Shown here: one piece after another, positions 60,960 to 64,000 of the stretch
Layout of the letters: every line of letters begins with the position of its first letter
How positions within the stretch are numbered: the stretch's first letter is position 1
Origin: an uncultured Flavobacteriaceae bacterium
GTDB lineage: Bacteria; Bacteroidota; Bacteroidia; Flavobacteriales; Flavobacteriaceae
NCBI GenBank assembly: GCA_964477735.1
Contig: CAYZFD010000001.1
Location: 86,125 to 150,124, forward strand
Reading direction: 5' to 3'
DNA: 64,000 nucleotides
Made by a program: the position numbers and the translations under genes
The notes under the pieces: generated by a model
What the model saw: the letters and a program-made list of their open reading frames with translations, nothing else
What the model was told of the DNA's origin: nothing
The model's database searches: none

Positions 60960-62324
60960 TTCACTTACCTTGATTTTCTGACCACTTTCAATACTCTTAT
61001 TGGCCGCAATTCCTATTAGGGCAGAAAGCGCGCCATCACGAACCCCAGCCTGGTGATTGTAGGGATCGGGGTTTTTTTGGTCTGAAAACAAATGGTTGTG
61101 TAATCGAATGTCACCCCCACCATGTCCTGATTTTTCCATACCCACAATTTCTTTCTGATGCCCCTTCCAAAGTGGATGAACAATTATAGGTTCATAATCC
61201 ATTTCTTTGCTGTTGGTCTGAAGCATTTCAATTTTGTGTAGTTCTTCCTGTGAAATTTTGTTTTCTTGATCGTAGGGAATTCCTAAACCAGCTTCAATAC
61301 GCCCTTTGGTGCCGTTAAAGGCAATTCGCCAACCTTCGAAAGGAGAATAGGTGGTGAGCGAATAATTAACAATAGTCTCGTTTTGATATTTAATTTGAAC
61401 AGACATTTTATCATAAATATCCACTTCTTTTCTAAAAAGGCAATTGTCTCTCACATAACCATCAAATTTTTCATTGTCGGTGTAGAGTTTCGTCAAGTGT
61501 TTATCTTTGGTAATGTCCCAGTAAAAATCACATGACTTTTGATGCGCACAAGTTCTGCAATTGTCACCCCGAAATGGCCCGTTTGCTCCATAATGTTCTA
61601 AAGCACCATAGGCAAACACTTCTTCAGGCATTGATGATAACCACCAATTCACCAAGTCAAAATGATGTGTAGATTTATGAATGAGTAAGGATCCACTTGA
61701 AGACCGCTCTCCGTGCCACCTTCTGAAATAGGAAGCCCCATGGTAGGTGTTTAGGTACCAATGAAAATCTACAGAGGTTACTTTCCCAATGGTGTTTTCA
61801 GTTAATAATTGTTTGATTTTTGTCATGTAAGGACTCCAACGATAGTTAAAACCTACCAACAATTTCTTGTTCGATTTTTTTTCTGCGTCGATGATTTCTT
61901 GGCACTTAAACTCATCTGTTGTAAGCGGTTTTTCTGTTAACACATCACAACCCAATTCCAAACCCCTAACAATAAACTGGTGGTGGGTGGCGTCTTTGGT
62001 GCACACGATAACAAGATCGGGTTTTGCTTCATGAACCATTTTGTCAAAGTCGGTATATATCGGCGTTTGAGGCACGCCCATGAACTGCCGGGCATACTGA
62101 AGTCTTCCTAAATTATGATCAAAGAGTCCCACATAATCAATGAGTTCACCATAGTCATCTACAAGTCGTTTCCCCCAAAATCCAGTGCCTCGAATTCCTG
62201 TTCCTGCTAAAGCAACTTTTAATTTTTTATTGCCCAATCCAAAGCCCCAAGACGGTAGTGGAACCATAGTGCCTGCTGCAAGCATGCTTGCAGATAGCAA
62301 AAACTTTCTTCTAGATGTTGTCAT
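60945..62324 (-). CDS. Tat-exported Gfo/Idh/MocA-family NAD(P)-dependent oxidoreductase
   Basis: 459-aa ORF with twin-arginine signal MTTSRRKFLLSASMLAAGTMV and Rossmann N-terminus LKVALAGTGIRGTGFWG. Further motifs are TEKPL and a C-terminal GHGGGD. It lies 2 nt downstream of the esterase gene. Confidence 0.8.
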   Translation of the reverse strand: MTTSRRKFLLSASMLAAGTMVPLPSWGFGLGNKKLKVALAGTGIRGTGFWGKRLVDDYGELIDYVGLFDHNLGRLQYARQFMGVPQTPIYTDFDKMVHEAKPDLVIVCTKDATHHQFIVRGLELGCDVLTEKPLTTDEFKCQEIIDAEKKSNKKLLVGFNYRWSPYMTKIKQLLTENTIGKVTSVDFHWYLNTYHGASYFRRWHGERSSSGSLLIHKSTHHFDLVNWWLSSMPEEVFAYGALEHYGANGPFRGDNCRTCAHQKSCDFYWDITKDKHLTKLYTDNEKFDGYVRDNCLFRKEVDIYDKMSVQIKYQNETIVNYSLTTYSPFEGWRIAFNGTKGRIEAGLGIPYDQENKISQEELHKIEMLQTNSKEMDYEPIIVHPLWKGHQKEIVGMEKSGHGGGDIRLHNHLFSDQKNPDPYNHQAGVRDGALSALIGIAANKSIESGQKIKVSELVKL

Positions 62325-62326
62325 AA

Positions 62327-63265
62327 TTATTTATTTAAAATTTTTATTGATTTTAACCATTGTTCACAATCTTTGAGCCAGCGGCTGCTTTCCTCATCTT
62401 TTCCCAAACCAAATCCGTGGCCACCCGATTCAACCAACAATAACCGATTAGGCACGTGTTGAACATTAAGCGCTTTTTGCAGCAGCTCACTATTTGCTGG
62501 TATAACCGATTTGTCGTCTTTAGCATGAACCATATAAACAGGGGGCATTTGGCTGTGTGCTTGCTTTTCTAAAGAAAAAAAATTTTCCCATTTTCCCTCT
62601 GGGTTCTGACCCAATAAATGTTGTTTAGACCCTGCATGTGTAATGCCATCTTGCATCGAAACTACAGGATAGACCAATATTCCAAAATTGGGTTTTGCAG
62701 AGACAGGCCATTCGTTTTGATAGGTTTCATAATTATAATGCGTTAGCAAAGTGGCCGCCAAATGCCCCCCTGCTGAAAATCCCATTATGCCAATTTTCTC
62801 TGGATTTAACCCCCATTTTTTGTGGTTAATCCTCACCCATCTAAGTGCATGCTGTGCATCTTGCAAAGGACCCCATTTAGGATCTTTCATTATCAAAGCA
62901 CTCGGCAAACGATATTTCAAAACAAAAGCTGTTATGCCTAAATCATTCAACCACTTGGCAACTTTAACGCCCTCCTTTTCAAATGCCAAATGTCGATAAC
63001 CACCACCAGGACAAATCAAAACCGATAGGCCATTGCTGTTTTTGGGCTCAAAAACTGTTAGTGTAGGCAACTTCACTTGAGATGTTTTTACGAGATTGTT
63101 GTGGGCATCAAAAATTGGCGCTTCAGTATATGCGGAATTTGAAAGGGCATCGGGAACTTCTTGCCATAAATCAAAGGTTTGTGCAAAAGAGAATACAGGA
63201 CATAAGTACAGTAGAAATTTGACTAAGCTTTGTTTCAAAAACTGAAAACCATTTGTGTAATTCAT
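62327..63265 (-). CDS. Alpha/beta-hydrolase esterase (acetyl/feruloyl-esterase-like)
   Basis: 312-aa ORF with a signal peptide, CPGGGY oxyanion region, GFSAGGHLA nucleophile elbow and C-terminal GGHGF. Confidence 0.75.
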   Translation of the reverse strand: MNYTNGFQFLKQSLVKFLLYLCPVFSFAQTFDLWQEVPDALSNSAYTEAPIFDAHNNLVKTSQVKLPTLTVFEPKNSNGLSVLICPGGGYRHLAFEKEGVKVAKWLNDLGITAFVLKYRLPSALIMKDPKWGPLQDAQHALRWVRINHKKWGLNPEKIGIMGFSAGGHLAATLLTHYNYETYQNEWPVSAKPNFGILVYPVVSMQDGITHAGSKQHLLGQNPEGKWENFFSLEKQAHSQMPPVYMVHAKDDKSVIPANSELLQKALNVQHVPNRLLLVESGGHGFGLGKDEESSRWLKDCEQWLKSIKILNK

Positions 63266-63302
63266 AAACCAGGAAACATGTCAATAAATTTAAACAAAAA
63301 AT

Positions 63303-63316
63303 TGTAATCGATTTCA
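63303..63316. promoter_or_regulatory. LacI-type operator candidate, site 4 (TGTAATCGATTTCA)
   Basis: It matches 13 of 14 positions of the palindrome. It lies 38 nt upstream of the minus-strand start codon at 63265. Confidence 0.55.
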
Positions 63317-63426
63317 TTTTAATTTTTTCAACTCATTATCATGACTTTACTCTTGAAAATAAATGATTCGCTTGTTAAGAATTTTTAAAGTTTACAAAAG
63401 GGTTGTATTTTTGAGAAAAATGCAAT

Positions 63427-63609
63427 ATGGAAGATAATAAACCCACCATTCAAATTTCTAAAACTGGAAAATTAACCGTGCTCAATGCCAAAGGCGTTGT
63501 ATTGCTTGATTCTGATGGTCAAGTAATTCCCACAAGAAGTCGCTTTTCGCTTTGCAATTGTGGCAAAACCTCAGATGGGCCTTTTTGTGATGGGTCACAC
63601 AACGGCTAG
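63427..63609 (+). CDS. CDGSH-type iron-sulfur domain protein
   Basis: 60-aa ORF with CNCGKTSDGPFCDGSH, matching the CDGSH [2Fe-2S] signature C-x-C-x2-(S/T)-x3-P-x-C-D-G-(S/A/T)-H. Confidence 0.8.
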   Translation: MEDNKPTIQISKTGKLTVLNAKGVVLLDSDGQVIPTRSRFSLCNCGKTSDGPFCDGSHNG

Positions 63610-63676
63610 CTAAACGTCCTTGTTATTGGTTAAAAGGTTGTTTAGGAGAAGCAATAACCATTGATTTAAGCTTGTT

Positions 63677-64000
63677 ATGAATTTTTCCTATTGGGAAACT
63701 GAAACATTTCTAAATAAGATTGACTATACCATAGTTGGAAGTGGCATTGTAGGATTGAGTTGCGCACTAGCATTAAGGGAAAAGCATCCAAATGCGCGTA
63801 TTATAGTTTTAGAAAGAAGTGTTTTACCCAATGGGGCCAGCACCAAAAACGCTGGTTTTGCCTGTTTTGGAAGTGTGTCTGAAATTCTTAATGATCTCGA
63901 AACACATACACCCGATGAGGTTTTGCAACTTCTTCGTGCGCGCTTTGTTGGACTACAAAAACTTCGTGCACGTTTGGGAGATCAGGTCATTGACTTTAAA
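63677..64000 (+). CDS. FAD-dependent oxidoreductase (DAO family), N-terminal part; continues beyond window
   Basis: My own translation from the ATG at 63677 gives MNFSYWETETFLNKIDYTIVGSGIVGLSCALALREKHP... with the GxGxxG dinucleotide fold. The frame is open to base 64000. Confidence 0.7.
   Translation, partial: MNFSYWETETFLNKIDYTIVGSGIVGLSCALALREKHPNARIIVLERSVLPNGASTKNAGFACFGSVSEILNDLETHTPDEVLQLLRARFVGLQKLRARLGDQVIDFK

Overview
This is an AT-rich bacterial chromosome segment with clear Bacteroidota/Flavobacteriia hallmarks: a SusC/SusD pair, a T9SS type-B sorting domain next to a PorP/SprF gene, TAnnTTTG-type -7 boxes, and lipoproteins with acidic residues just after the lipobox Cys. Bases 1-22.3 kb look ordinary. 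They hold a TonB-dependent receptor fragment, a beta-helix-like lipoprotein, dgt, dxs, tadA, a cold-shock protein, aspS, a TetR-TolC-MFP-RND efflux operon, a polyprenyl synthase, an HMA-MauE fusion, pirin, an M28 peptidase, an XRE/membrane-protein pair and a SulP transporter. Bases 22.3-63.3 kb form one large pectin (homogalacturonan plus RG-I-type decoration) utilisation locus with five parts. (1) A 1661-aa secreted multidomain CE8 pectinesterase with thrombospondin-type-3 repeats and a T9SS type-B C-terminal domain, followed by its own PorP/SprF gene and a PL9-like lyase. (2) An 11-gene cytoplasmic uronate operon: kduI-kduD-uxaC-kdgK-eda, TRAP transporter, uxaB-uxaA. (3) A LacI-family regulator. 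(4) SusC/SusD, a surface-lipoprotein gene, 2x PL1, GH28, a DUF4861-like gene, GH105, GH43, CE12, an alpha/beta-hydrolase, CE8 and CE12. (5) A divergent esterase plus Tat-exported Gfo/Idh/MocA oxidoreductase pair. The main hunt results are four. A 14-bp palindrome (TGTAATCGATTACA and close variants) sits in front of all four transcription units of the locus and is the likely operator of the local LacI regulator. It places the T9SS cargo/PorP pair in the pectin regulon. The giant gene contains a 795-bp-period internal duplication whose 435-bp core is nucleotide-identical while its flanks are diverged. Several proteins of unknown role are conserved-looking parts of the locus. I saw no rRNA, tRNA, CRISPR array, transposase, integrase or phage genes. 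All calls rest on by-eye motif recognition and manual translation; no database search or computation was run.
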